This document shows positions 25,642-37,965 of a stretch of DNA of 64,000 nucleotides, piece by piece. The stretch's first letter is position 1; each line of letters opens with the position of its first letter. Below the pieces are notes generated by a model that was given only the letters and a program-made list of their open reading frames with translations, was not told the DNA's origin and did not search any database. The position numbers and the translations under genes are program-made. Source of the stretch: Mobula birostris (Eukaryota); contig NC_092381.1 of NCBI RefSeq assembly GCF_030028105.1, forward strand, positions 55,888,505-55,952,504. The letters run 5' to 3'.

Positions 25642-25677
25642 AGTCGACGTTTCGGGCTGAGACCCTTCGTCAGGACT
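25642..25677 (-). ncRNA. Minimal hammerhead ribozyme motif (Penelope type)
   Basis: agtc-CTGACGA-agggtctcagccc-GAAA-cGTC-gact. Confidence 0.75.
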
Positions 25678-26247
25678 AACTGAAGGAAGAGCTAGTAAGA
25701 GATTTGAAAGTGGGAGGAGGAGGGAGAGATCCAAAATGATAGGAGAAGACAAGAGAAAGCAGGATCTCCCAGTGGCCGCACATTTTAATTCCACGTCCGA
25801 TTCCCATTCTGATATGTCTATCCACGGCCTCCTCTACTGTAAAGATGAAGCCACACTCAGGTTGGAGGAACAACACCTTATATTCTGTCTGGGTAGCCTC
25901 CAACCTGATGGCATGAACATTGACCTCTCAAACTTCCGCTAATGCTCCACCTCCCCCTCATACCCATCCGTTATTTATTTATATACACACATTCCTTTTC
26001 TGTCTCTCCTTTTTCTCCCTCTGACCCTCTGACTATACCCCTTGCCCATCCTCTGGGTTTCCCCCCCCCTTCCCCTTTTCCTTCTCCCTAGGCCTCCTGT
26101 CCCATGATCCTCTCATATCCCTTTTGCCAATCAACTGTCCAGCTCTTGGCTCCATCCCTCCTCCTCCTGTCTTCTCCTATCATTTTGGATCTCCCCCTAC
26201 CCCTCCCCCTCCCACTTTCAAATCTCTTACTAGCTCTTCCTTCAGTT

Positions 26248-26283
26248 AGTCCTGACGAAGGGTCTCGGCCTGAAACGTCGACT
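26248..26283 (+). ncRNA. Minimal hammerhead ribozyme motif (Penelope type)
   Basis: agtc-CTGACGA-agggtctcggcct-GAAA-cGTC-gact. Confidence 0.75.
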
Positions 26284-26538
26284 GTACCTCTTTCTAGAGA
26301 TGCTGCCTGGCCTGCTATGTTCACCAGCAACTTTTATGTGTGTTGCTTGAAATTCCAGCATCTGCAGATTTCCTCGTGTATCAGAGTTCTATCTGTGAGT
26401 TTACCTCTGTTTCTGATTTTAGACCTGGCAACAGTGGCATTTAACAGATCAAATATTTTAATATCCATGCCAAGTGGCCCCTTGCTCGGCTTAATTATGT
26501 GCACATCTGCCCACATTATATGTTGTTTTTCGTTACAG

Positions 26539-26645
26539 GAGAACAGAAAAGGTGGCTCACGATTTTGAACAGGGGGTTGGGAAACAGTTACATGAAGAAC
26601 TTGTGGCTCAGGACAAAAGAAACAAACACACCAGTTACATTTCGG
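26539..26645 (+). CDS. CPT2: CPT2 exon 3
   Basis: ttacag|G, then [35 protein letters not shown], then G|GTGAGA; 107 nt. Includes the Ser equivalent to human S113. Confidence 0.96.
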
Positions 26646-26748
26646 GTGAGATCCTCAAGCTGTTTGATCTGAACTGTTATCACCAAATGAAAGGGAAAAC
26701 CTTTGACTGCTATCATTGTTCTGAAGGGACTATCTCTTTTGTATCATA

Positions 26749-28357
26749 CAGTGGTGCTAGAAAGTTTGTGAACCCTTTAGAATTTTCTCTTATTCTTCAT
26801 AAATATAACCTAAAATGTGATCAGATTTTCACGCAAGTCCTAAAAGTAGATAAAGAGAACTTAATTAGATAAATAACACAAAAACATTATACTTGTTCAT
26901 TTATGTGTTGAGAAAAATTATCCAATATTGCAATATCTGTCGAAAAAAGTATGTGAACCTTTGCTTTCAGTAACTGGTGTGACCCCCCTGTACAGCAATA
27001 AATTCAACCAGTCGTTTCTAGTAACTGTTGATCAGTCCTGCACATCGGCTTAGAGGAATTTTTGACCATTCCTCCATACAAAACTGTTTCAGTTCATCAG
27101 TATTTCTGGGATACCTTGCATGACCAGCTCTCATCAGGTCATGCCACAGCATTTCAGTTGGTTAAGATCTGGACACTGACTTGGCCATTTCAAAACACAA
27201 ATTTTCTTCTATTTAAACAATTCTGTTGTTGATTTACCATTGTGTTTTGGATCATTGTCTTCTTGCATCATCCAACTTCTATTAAGCTTCAGGTGACAGA
27301 TTGCTACCCTGATATTCTCCTGTGAAATGGTGATACAATTTTGAATTCATTGTTACCTCAACAATTGCAAGTTGTCCAGGCCCTGAGGCAGCAAAGCAAC
27401 CCCAGATTATAATGCTCCTTCCACTATGATTTACAGTTGTTATGAGGTTTTGGTGTTGTTATGCAGTGCTCTTTTTCCTCTAAACATGGTAGTGTGGATT
27501 TCTGCTAAAAAGCTCAACTTTTGTCTCATCAGTCCACAGAACACTGTCCTAGAAGCACTGTGGAACACCAAGTGGTCTTTGCAAACTTGAGACATGTAGC
27601 AATGTTTTTTTTTGGAGAGCAGTGGTTTCCTTCATAGTGTCCTTCCGTGAACACCATTCTTCAGTGTTTTTCTTATAGTGGACACATGAACAAAGACTTT
27701 AATAAGCTTTAGAGATTTCTGTAGATCTTTTGCTGTTACCCTTGGGTTCTTAATTTACCTCCTTCAGCATTGCACATTGTGCTCTTGGTGTGATCTTTGC
27801 AGGACACTTGCTCCTAGGGAGAGTAACAACAGTATTGAATTTCCTCTATTCGGAGACAGTTTCTCTTACTGTAGACTGGTGAACACTCAGGTTTTTAGAA
27901 ATGCTTTTGTAGCTTTGTCAGCTTCATGCATGTCTACAATTCTTCTAAGGTCCTCTGAAAGTTGTTTTGATCAAGGCATGGTACACATAAAAAGATCTTT
28001 CTTGGGAAGTGCAGGCTCTGTCAGTAACCTGACTTTGTGCGCCTTTTTTAAAGGGCAGGGCACCTCTATAACCCACACCTTCAATCTGAATTCATTGATT
28101 GGAGCACCTGACTCCAAATAACTTTTGTGGAAGTCATTACCCCAGTTTCACATACTTTTTTGAACCTAGACTGTGATTGTTTAAATGATGTGCTCAGTAA
28201 TAACGAGAAGCAGTACAATTGTTAGTGTGTTATTTGTTTGGGCAGATTGTGTTTGTCTATTATTCTGACTTAGATGAAGATCAGACCACACCTTATGAGT
28301 AATTAATGCAGAAAACCAGGTAATTGCAAAGGATTCACAAACTTTTTCCTGCAACTG
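26749..28357 (-). mobile_element. Tc1-family DNA transposon, full length, decayed transposase
   Basis: TA TSDs, CAGT...GTTTGTGAA TIRs and long subterminal inverted repeats; 1.6 kb. Minus strand carries DDE-domain remnants (GGSIIIWGCFAASGPG). Confidence 0.85.
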
Positions 28358-29142
28358 TAACTGGAAGAATGACATAAATGCTGCTTCCTTGTATTTGCTA
28401 TAATAATTGTCCTTTTTGCCAGTTTGAAACAAACCTGTTAATTGGTGAAAATCTGAAAATATATATTATTTGTCTTTCCACTTGATTAATAGTTTGATTT
28501 TTTTAAATCATTCGCATAATGTTCCTTGTTACAGTGTGCCTTAGATGAATTATTGCAGCTTTTCTACCCGATGGCGTAGTGAATAATTTTAGTAGGAATT
28601 ATGATTGATTTTAATGTCTCCAAGTTCTGGTCTATGTAATATTAGTTGACTTCTGAAGATATAAGAAATTGCAAATACTGGGATCTGGGCACAAAATCAA
28701 ACTGCAGGAGGAATTCTTGCCTTACTTCCCTCAAAAACAGAACAGAGCTAGCACTCTCTTGGATCTTACCTTTCACGCCACCAGCCTCTGCATCCTGTAC
28801 ATCATTCTTGGTAATTTAGGCCAGCTGCAACATGATCCCACTATCAGTCACACCTTCCTCTCTGCACTCCTTTCTGCTTTGCAGGGAGCACACACACTTC
28901 ATGTCTTGCTGGTTTGTTCATCACACCCCCCCCCCCCCACACACTAATCAACTGTCCCTTTGCTCCACAGGTTCTGCCTGATTTGATGAGTTCCTCCGGC
29001 AATTTGTTTTTCTGAATTGGTAGAAATGTCCGAATTGGACTTGGGATCCCTGGTTTAGGGCAAGGGAAAAACTGGCAAATTTACCTTTAATTGTTCAGTG
29101 ATCCCAGAATGGTAAGCACTTGCCTAAGTGAACAAGGATAAT

Positions 29143-29411
29143 AACAAGCAACACACATCAAAGTTGCTGGTGAACGCAGCAGGCCAGGCAGCATCTCTAG
29201 GAAGACACTTCTGCTATCATTTTGGATCTCCCCCTCCCCCTCCCACTTTCAAATCTCTCACTAGCTCTTCTTTCAGTTAGTCCTGACGAAGGGTCTCGGC
29301 CCGAAACGTCAACTGTACCTCTTCCTCGAGATGCTGCCTGGCCTCCTGCGTTCACTAGCAACTTTGATGTGTGTTGCTTGAATTTCTAGCATCTGCAGAA
29401 TTCCTTGTGTT
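29143..29411. mobile_element. Short Penelope-derived element with an inverted arm
   Basis: About 29143-29205 is inverted relative to about 29320-29380; same family as the element at 25581. Confidence 0.85.
29279..29314 (+). ncRNA. Minimal hammerhead ribozyme motif (Penelope type)
   Basis: agtc-CTGACGA-agggtctcggccc-GAAA-cGTC-aact, with one stem I mismatch. Confidence 0.7.
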
Positions 29412-29690
29412 TACAATGATAATATCAAATTCAACTTGATATGGCCAATACAGTCAATATGATATTGTATATTAATATACAATATCGATACGGGTCCATG
29501 GAATCTTTTTACATCACTTGTGAGGAATTGTGTAGAGAATGTTGATTGGGTGATTTACCTATCTAGAATCAGTAGACTTAAAAAAAATTAAAACTGGATA
29601 AGCAATTGGAAAGTTTCATATGGGACATAGTATGTTTTAATGTTTAATATATTCAGAGCTTTTAGAATTATTTTTTTCCATTACTTTTAG

Positions 29691-30995
29691 GACCATGGTT
29701 TGACATGTACCTAAGTGCCCGTGAATCAGTTGTCCTGAATTTTAACCCCTTTATGTCCTTTAATCCTGATCCAAATCCTGCATACAATAACCAGCTAATT
29801 AGGGCAGCCAACATGACTGTGTCTGCAGTACGTTTCATGAAGACTTTTCGTGCAGGCTTACTAGAACCTGAAATTTTCCACCTCAATCCTGCTAAAAGTG
29901 ACACAGCTCTTTTCAAGAATATCATTCGCTTTGTTCCCAGTTCTGTTTCATGGTATGGTGCCTATATGGTTAATGCCTATCCACTTGATATGTCTCAGTA
30001 CTACAGACTCTTCAATTCCACTCGTATTCCCAGACCAATTCGAGATGAGCTTCTTACAAACAACAGTGGCAAGCACTTGCTGGTGATGAGAAATGGACAT
30101 TTCTATATATTTGATGTTATTGATCAAGATGGAAGGATCACAAAGCCTTCAGAAATCCTGGCACATTTCCAGTATATTTTGTCTGATTCCAGCCCCCCTC
30201 CTGAATTTCCACTTGGGTATTTGACGAGTGAGCATCGGGATGTCTGGTCCTCACTAAGACAGAGACTATTGGAGGCTGGGAATAAAGAGGCATTAAATAA
30301 AATAGATTCTGCTGTCTTCTGTGTTTGCCTTGATGATATTACCATCAAAGACCACCGTGAGCTCTCCCATAACATGCTTCATGGAAATGGCCTCAACCGC
30401 TGGTATGACAAATCGTTCAGTTTCATATTAACCAAAGATGGCAGTGCAAGTGTGAACTTTGAACATTCGTGGGGGGACGGCGTCGCTGTCCTGCGTTTAC
30501 AGAATGAGGTTTTCAAAGACACAACCACGCGGCCTGCAGTTTCCCCAACAACACAGCCTGCAATAGTTGACTCCTCTAAGAATGTGCAGAAGCTTGAGTT
30601 TAAACTCGATGATGTTCTTAAAGCGGGTATTTTGAATGCTAAAGAAAAATTTGACACCACTGTGAGCACGTTGACTATCGAAGCTGCCGAGTATAAAAAA
30701 GGTGGGAAACTGTTCCTGAAAGAGCAGAAGCTGAGTCCTGATGCAGTGGCTCAACTTTCTCTTCAAATGGGCTTTCTGAGGCAGTATGGCAAAACAGTAG
30801 CCACTTATGAGTCATGCAGCACTGCAGCATTTAAACATGGTCGTACAGAAACTATTCGCCCTGCCACCATATACACCCAGAAGTGCTCTGAGGCATTTGT
30901 GAGGCAGCCTTCGAAACATAGCAACTCAGAGTTGAAGGCAATGATAGACGAGTGCTCCAAGTATCATGGGCAGCTAACCAAAGAGGCTGCAATGG
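29691..30995 (+). CDS. CPT2: CPT2 exon 4 (catalytic core)
   Basis: cttttag|GA, then [20 protein letters not shown]...FEHSWGDG (catalytic His)...[15 protein letters not shown]...KEAAM, then G|GTAAGT; 1305 nt, open throughout. Confidence 0.98.
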
Positions 30996-31515
30996 GTAAG
31001 TTCAAATTTGCTTACTTAGATAGATATTGAAATGTTTTGTTTTTACAACCTTTAATGCCACAGGCAGCCTTTGGCTATCAACATTACATATGAACCTAGT
31101 CTCCTGCAACTAATGTCCATTTGAATCATGCTGTAGCAAGTCAGATTTCTTAGCCCATTAGATTTTTCTGGTTATTCATATTTTTTTTTTTACCAGAGTA
31201 CACATGGCTGTGTACTCTGAAAAGCAGAAAAGCAGTGTGCTTGCTTTGCTTTTCCTTAGTTCAGCTATTCAGTTATCTACAATTATGCTGTAATGTTTAT
31301 AATTAAGTTAGAACTATGTGCTCAAAGTACAAAAAATGGTGGAATATTAATTTAGATCCAGTCAGAAATTTTCATCTAACCAGCAGTCTTGGAGCCTCCC
31401 CTCAATAAGTGATACTTCTTAAGTAATAAGTATGACCCTGATGTCTCTTGATGTCCTTCCAGCTAATCTTAAGATATTCTGCTAGGAAATTAGCCAATTT
31501 TCAAAAAGAAAAGGA

Positions 31516-32008
31516 CACTCAGTGGCTACTTTATTAGGCAAACCTGTATACCTCTTTAATACGAACATCTAATTATCCAGTCATGTACCAGAAACTCAAT
31601 GCATAAAAGCATGCAGACATGGTCAAGAGGTTCAGTTGTTCATACCAAACATCAAAATGGGGAAGAAATGTGATCCAAGTGACTTTGACTGTGTAATGAT
31701 TGTTAGTGCCCGGCGTGCAATTTCCATTGAATTTTCTCACACAGCAGTCTCTAGAGTTTGCAGAGAACAACATCAAAAACAAAAACCATCCACTGAACAG
31801 CTGTTCTGTGAGTGAAAACACCTGGTTAATGAGAGAGGTCAAAGGAGAATGGCCAGACTGGTTGAAGCTGAACAGTGGTGTGCAGAAGAGCATCTCTGAA
31901 CACACGTGTCGAATCTTGAAGCGGATGAGCTACAGCTACAGGAGCAGCAGAACTATGAACATGCACTCATTAGGTACAGGAAGTACCTAATAAAGTGGCC
32001 ATTGAGAG
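31516..32008. mobile_element. Non-autonomous Tc1-like element (MITE)
   Basis: TIRs cactcagtggctactttattagg / cctaataaagtggccattgagag. A partial second copy lies at about 42900-43145. Confidence 0.8.
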
Positions 32009-32579
32009 CATATGAGCTATTAATACAGTAATTCAGCCTATTTTGCTCCAATATGTTTATTTAATAAAACTGGTAGTTTGCAGGCATGCATCATAGCTTC
32101 AAGAGTACGGGGTGAATCAGGTCTACTGTGCAGCTGAACACCTCCTGCAGGCTTCTCTATTCTTTGGGTCTACAAGAGGAATGTGTGACTGGTATTTTAA
32201 AACGAGAATTATTCTTGTGGCCTTTGAGCTTTTTCCAAAGCTACATCATCACCCACTACTGCATCATGGACTAAAACTGTGCTGCATTTACTAAATAAAG
32301 CCCAGCTACAATCTTGCATCATGACAAACTGTATGTTTTAAATTTATTATAAAAATAAAAGGAATGCTGGAAATACTCAGTAACACTTAAAGAGATGGCA
32401 TGAAAGATAATCAACCTTTATATTAATAAATTTTCTCTCTCCACAGAAGCTGGCTGACCAGCTGAGTATTTTCAGATTGCTACCTTCTGCAGTTTTTATT
32501 TTACGTTCTATCAAGCAGACTTTTAAAAGGGTCTTTCTGACATCGGTCACTAATTTTTTTTTGTTTTTTTTTATCACAG

Positions 32580-32911
32580 CTCAGGGATTTGACCGCCATT
32601 TATTTGCCTTGCGTTACCTGGCAAAATCTAAAGGAATGCCTTTGCCAGAACTATTCCAAGATCCATCATATATTAAAATTAACCACAACATTCTTTCCAC
32701 CAGCACTCTAACCAGTTCGGCTGTCCAGTTAGGAGGCTTTGCACCTGTTGTTCCTGATGGTTTTGGAGTTGGATATAGTGTTCATGATAACTGGATGGGT
32801 TACAATATTTCCAGCTATCCTGCTCGAGATGCTAAGGAATTCATTAAGTGTGTATGCAAAAGTCTGGATGATATTTTTCACGTATTGGAAGGGCAACCCA
32901 TCAGTGGCTGA
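32580..32911 (+). CDS. CPT2: CPT2 exon 5, coding part to stop
   Basis: A long T tract and atcacag|CT, then [11 protein letters not shown]...LSTSTL...[15 protein letters not shown]...EGQPISG-TGA; 332 nt. Spliced CDS is 2040 nt (679 aa). Confidence 0.97.
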
Positions 32912-34783
32912 GTTACAGAAACTGAAGTGGAGAGGGAATTGATGTTATCCCACAGTTACTGAACTTAAGGCCCTAAAATGTTATACTTTAATGTTATCAC
33001 TTAATCAGCACATTAGAAAGAATTAAAATCATTCTTAATTGTTGACGTTTTGGATGCTAATATTGGTTAGACATTGATAGTTCAGTCCTCTAATCCAGGT
33101 GAAAGCAAACCAGATTAGTTAGATACAACTGCTTTCCAATATCAACTGTGATATGTTTATGGGACTCAAAATGCAAACTTGACATTCTTAATTGAAGAGC
33201 CACAAATTACTGAAATACAACTCCAGTATACTCTTCTGTAGCCGGAGTTGAGGTATATCACTAGAGAACTTTAATATGTGTTCAACTGTGCTACCTCTGA
33301 CTTGGACATACTTGACATTCACACAGTATAATGGAAATGTTAGGTGCACTCTAACATTATCACAGCTAACCTTGATCATGTGCAGACCATCGCTAAGTAA
33401 CAAGCAGGTTCCACTTTTACAAGTGTTCATATGTTGATTTTGTTTTTAAGTTAGCAAATATAAAATCACTCCAAGGTAAAATACATTTCCGTGGTATTAT
33501 ACTATAGCATCAAAAGCATATAGGACTGATAAGAAAGATCAATTACCAAAGTGGAGGGAGGGAGAAAGAAAAGGAGGGGGGAATATTCGCACACCCATTG
33601 GACTTTAACATTATGGGAGCTTGCTAGTATGTACAGGTATCCATAAATTGATTGCCCGTAACTCAGGGACACCCCGTTTTTAATTAGGTTTGTTATGTGC
33701 CTTCCTTTACCACCACAATCTGCTCCTTGATACATCAATAGATGTCATTGTTTTACTATTATGAAACTGAAAATATCATCAAGATACTGGTGGATACTTT
33801 TCTTCCATTATACTGTATTTAAATCCTGATCCAAATCTTGATGAACTAAAGAGGAACACCAATGTGCATTAATTAGCTTATTAAATAATTCTTAATGTTT
33901 TATTAAACTGCTTGCAATTTATTTTAAATTTATCTTTTGATCAAGACATTTATGTGCTATATGAAGATAGTGATGGAATCACATGCAATAGAAATTAGGA
34001 CTAGCTGCTTTTAAACATTGCTAATAATGTGATTGAACATTTTTTTGCCCTTAATGTTGAGATGGAACATGTCCTTTGCAGGTTCTTTGTTTTATTTTAT
34101 GAAGTTCTATGATGTGAGTTTAACTGAGAATTCTGCATATCCGTTTTAAAACATCTACTAAGAATCATTAGGAAATGGCCCAGATTTGATTGGGACTCCA
34201 TATTGTTCGTTAATTTCCAGATTAAAAGCGCCTCCAGATCAGATTGAGTTTGCTTAATTAGAAGCATTATTTCAATTTAAGCAATTAATATTTACTGGAC
34301 AAGATTATTTTGTAACTTGCTGACCAACCTAAATCTTTAAGGGCTGATCCTCTCACCAGTCCACTCCAAGCTAAGCAACTACACTTAATTTTGCTTGTTT
34401 TTCCTTGTCAGTTTGATAAGTCTACATTCAAAATGCCTCCTTTTTCAAACATTTTGTAACATTTATTTCATGATGATTACACAAAGATTAATCCTCATTA
34501 CACATTCTATGTAATGTTTCAGAAAAACAATTCAGAAAGACTTGCCTTGTATGAATTAAAATTGAAGTGATGTTTTTAATTATGCAAACTCAAGGCAATT
34601 TCTAGGCGCTTTATATTGTGTTCATTTATATTTAAATCAAAAACAGTCAGTCATAAACTAAGCACTTGAAGTTGGTTGTGTTAGTATCAATTAAAATACA
34701 ATTAGAGCCCTGCAAACCAAGATGAAACAAAGAGCAAACTTGTGAATGACAACCTCACGTTGAGGTACCTTTGCAGCTTCAAT

Positions 34784-34789
34784 AATAAA
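34784..34789 (+). terminator. Candidate CPT2 polyadenylation signal
   Basis: First canonical AATAAA I found 3' of the CPT2 stop. ATTAAA variants occur earlier (e.g. 33022, 33902). Confidence 0.4.
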
Positions 34790-34809
34790 TTAACGTATTT
34801 AAAATGTAA

Positions 34810-34815
34810 TTTATT
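34810..34815 (-). terminator. Candidate CZIB polyadenylation signal
   Basis: AATAAA on the minus strand about 270 nt past the CZIB stop. Confidence 0.55.
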
Positions 34816-35080
34816 TTTATCTCCACTACTGAGTATTTTGCATTTATGCTCTTTCAACCTAAATATTCAGTTTGCTGTAGTGGTATTAAAATGCTAAGAA
34901 TAAAAAAAATCTCAAATAACGGTTAGTCTTGGTAATTTTAATATGAACAATTGTTTGACCGTGATACATGATGCAACTCCATTGCAATGACAAACAAATC
35001 GCACGTGGGAAGGAGCTGTTCAGCTGATCCTGGGACGTCCATTTAAGTAGAAGGGCGTCAAATATCAGTTGCAGTGAAAT

Positions 35081-35158
35081 TCATATCTTAACAAACTTGT
35101 GAGTAACATCATAGATTCCCACTGACTCTTGGATTTTCTCATCATAATCATTCCAGTC
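35081..35158 (-). CDS. CZIB: CZIB exon 8, coding part to stop
   Basis: tttag|DWNDYDEKIQESVGIYDVTHKFVKI-TGA; 78 nt. Spliced CDS is 483 nt (160 aa). Confidence 0.95.
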   Translation of the reverse strand, partial: DWNDYDEKIQESVGIYDVTHKFVKI

Positions 35159-36254
35159 CTAAACAAAAGAAAAACATTACATTAGCATTTGTAGAGTAAG
35201 TTATTGCACTTCGGCTCCACTTTACCAGTGACAACACCTCTTATATAGCAGAAGGTTCTGAGTCCTTTGCTTGTTGGCCATCTCCAGAAATCCTTGTAAC
35301 AGTTTTGTTTCTGCATTAAAATTAAGAACTGAATGTTTTGTTAATTTTTCTACTGCTGAACAACCAAAAACCATGTTAGAACAAGGCAACAGCTTGACAA
35401 AGATAGGCACACTAAAATCATACTAGTTGGGAGTTTGTCTTCACTGATATCATTACTAAAAAACAGTGAACTAAATGCAACCAAAGAACACTGTAGTGTA
35501 TTCAGAGCATTCACTCCAAAATATCCCAGGGTATTTTGGCAAAATTAGTTCTGAGGAACTGTTTAACAAAATATTAATAACTCCCAATAGCTTTTAGGAC
35601 AGAAGGTCAGTCTGTTTTCAGTATTACCATTGAAACTTATGTGGATGCAATAGTTTTTCCTTCTTGGAATTCTGAAAAATTAATACTAAATTGGTTAAGA
35701 AGGGTGTACTAAGAGCTCTTAATGTGATTCATTCAAAGGTGAGTTTGTTGAAAGTCTCACTGACTTGAGTTTAAACATCAGCAATGTGCAATTTATTTTC
35801 CGTTTCAGTACAAAGAAACACAAAATTCATGGACCTGTATTAGAACCATCTTCATTTTCCAGAATTCAAATAGGAATGATATACTGCTTGGTGTTCCTCA
35901 ACTCATATGCAATGAAGCAATGAGCAATGAAGCGAGTTTGCTTTAAGATAGCAATGAAAAATATAGAAAATACACAGGCAGCACCTGTCAATAAATAAAC
36001 ATTGTTTCAGGTGAAATGTTTTCACCCAGGACAGTTCTAATAAAAATTCACTGTTCTGAAATGTTATTCTTTCCATCATTTGATTTTTTTGCTTTTGTAG
36101 TGGTCAGGTTAAAGAATTATTAATAACTGGTAGTTTTTGCCTTTCCTTATTTAAATAAATTGCTTCCAAGTATCAATTTACATTTAACTGAGTTTAAATG
36201 ACTGATGACTTTGGTTCTATGTTATTTCAAAAGTTTGAGCAAAAGTGTGAGAAT

Positions 36255-37605
36255 TTCAGAATCAGGTTTATTATAACTGGCATCTGACGTGAAATTAGTT
36301 AACTTAGCAGCAGCTGTTCAATGCAATACATAGAAGAAAAAATAGTAAGTAAATCTTATTCAGTATACTTTACACAGTATACAGATATTGAACAGATTAA
36401 AAATTGTGCAAAAAAATACATTTTTTTTTAAATGAGGTAGTGTCCAAGGGTTCAATGTCCATTTAGGAATCGGATGGCAGAGGGGAAGAAGCTGTTCCTA
36501 AATTGCTGAGTGTGTTCCTTCAGGTTTCTGTACCTCCTACCTGATGTAACAGTGAGAAAAGGGCATGCCCTGGGTGCTGGAGGTCCTTAATAAAGGACAC
36601 TGCCTTCCTGAGACACTGCTCCTTGAAGATGTCCTGGGTGCTTTGTAGCTTAGTACCCAAGATGGAGCTGACTAGATTTACGACCCTCTGCAGCTTCTTT
36701 CCATTCTGTGCAGTAGCCCCTCCCCCATTCCAGACAGTGATGCAGCCTATCAGAATGCGCTCCATCGTACATCTACAAAAGTTTTTGAATGTATTTGTTG
36801 ACATACCAAATCTCTTCAAACTCCTAATAAAGTATCACCACTGTCTTGCCTTCTGTATAACTGCATCAATATGTTGGGAGCAGGTTAGATCCTGAGAGAT
36901 CTTGACACCCAGGAGCTTGAAACTGCTCACTCTCTCCACTTCCGATCCCTCTGAGGATTGGTATGTGTTCCTTCATCTTACCCTTCCTGAAGTCCACAAT
37001 CAGCTCTTTCACCTTACTCACATTGAGTGGTAGGTTGTTGCTGCAGCACCACTCCACTAGTTGGCATATCTCACTCCTGTACGCCTTCTCGTCACCACCT
37101 GAGATTCTATCAACAATGGTTGTATCGTCAGCAGATTTATAGATGGTATTTGAGCTATGCCTAGCCACACAGTCATGGGTTTAGAGAGAGTAGAGCTGTG
37201 GGCTAAGCACACACCTGAGGTGCACCAGTGATAATCGTCAGTGAGGAGGAGATATTATCACCAATCCGCAGAGACTGTGGTTTTCCGGTTAGGAAGTCGA
37301 GGATCCAATTGCTGAGGGAGGTACAGAGGCCCAGGTTCTGCAACTTCTCAGTCAGGGTGTAGGAATGATGGTATTAAATGCTGAGCTATAGTTGATGAAC
37401 AGCATCCTGACATAAGTGTTTGTGTTGTCCAAGTGGTCTAAAGCTGCGTGGACAGCCATTGAGATTGCATCTGCCGTTGACCTATTATAGGTTATATATA
37501 TTTTTTTATATACATAATATATATGATAGGCAAATTGCAATGGGTCCAGGTCCTTGCTGGGGCAGGAGTTCGGTCTAGTCATGACCAACCTCAAAGCATT
37601 TCATA
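36255..37605 (-). mobile_element. Rex1/Babar-type LINE fragment
   Basis: Encodes YKSADDTTIV and [15 protein letters not shown]. Confidence 0.85.
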
Positions 37606-37899
37606 CCTCATCACCACGAGGTTGGCATAGGCCTCATTGGATAATTATTCTTTACTAGCTGATTGTCACAGTTGAGATAGTACAAATACACTTATGATTA
37701 ATTGGACTAACTGACAGAAATGAGTGTCTATTTTTAATCTTTGATTTTAATTATATTTGGAGATTTAAAAGAGGAAAAAAATAACATGTTAATGTTATTT
37801 TCACTTCTGAACCTAATTTGACATTAGGTGTTACAACAATTCAAATCACTACACAGTCCCACTGCAGTCTAGTTATGACCCCTCTGAATGCAAGCTCAC

Positions 37900-37965
37900 C
37901 TTTTCTAGCAGATTAATTTCATCAAATTGTGTTCCAGACTCTGTTCCTTCTGCAGTAAATCCAGC
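37900..37965 (-). CDS. CZIB: CZIB exon 7
   Basis: ctag|AGFTAEGTESGTQFDEINLLEK|GTGAGC; 66 nt. Confidence 0.95.

Larger units (their letters stand above)
25581..26379. mobile_element. Penelope-derived element with an inverted partial pLTR
   Basis: 25581-25750 is the reverse complement of about 26168-26345. Carries the C-terminal remnant EEQHLIFCLGSLQPDGMNID. Confidence 0.88.

Noticed and set aside
30996-31030. CPT2 ORF-track extension [10 protein letters not shown], and likewise the ORF starts at 32477 and 26552
   Set aside because: These are read-through into introns or internal non-ATG starts; the splice sites define the true exon limits.
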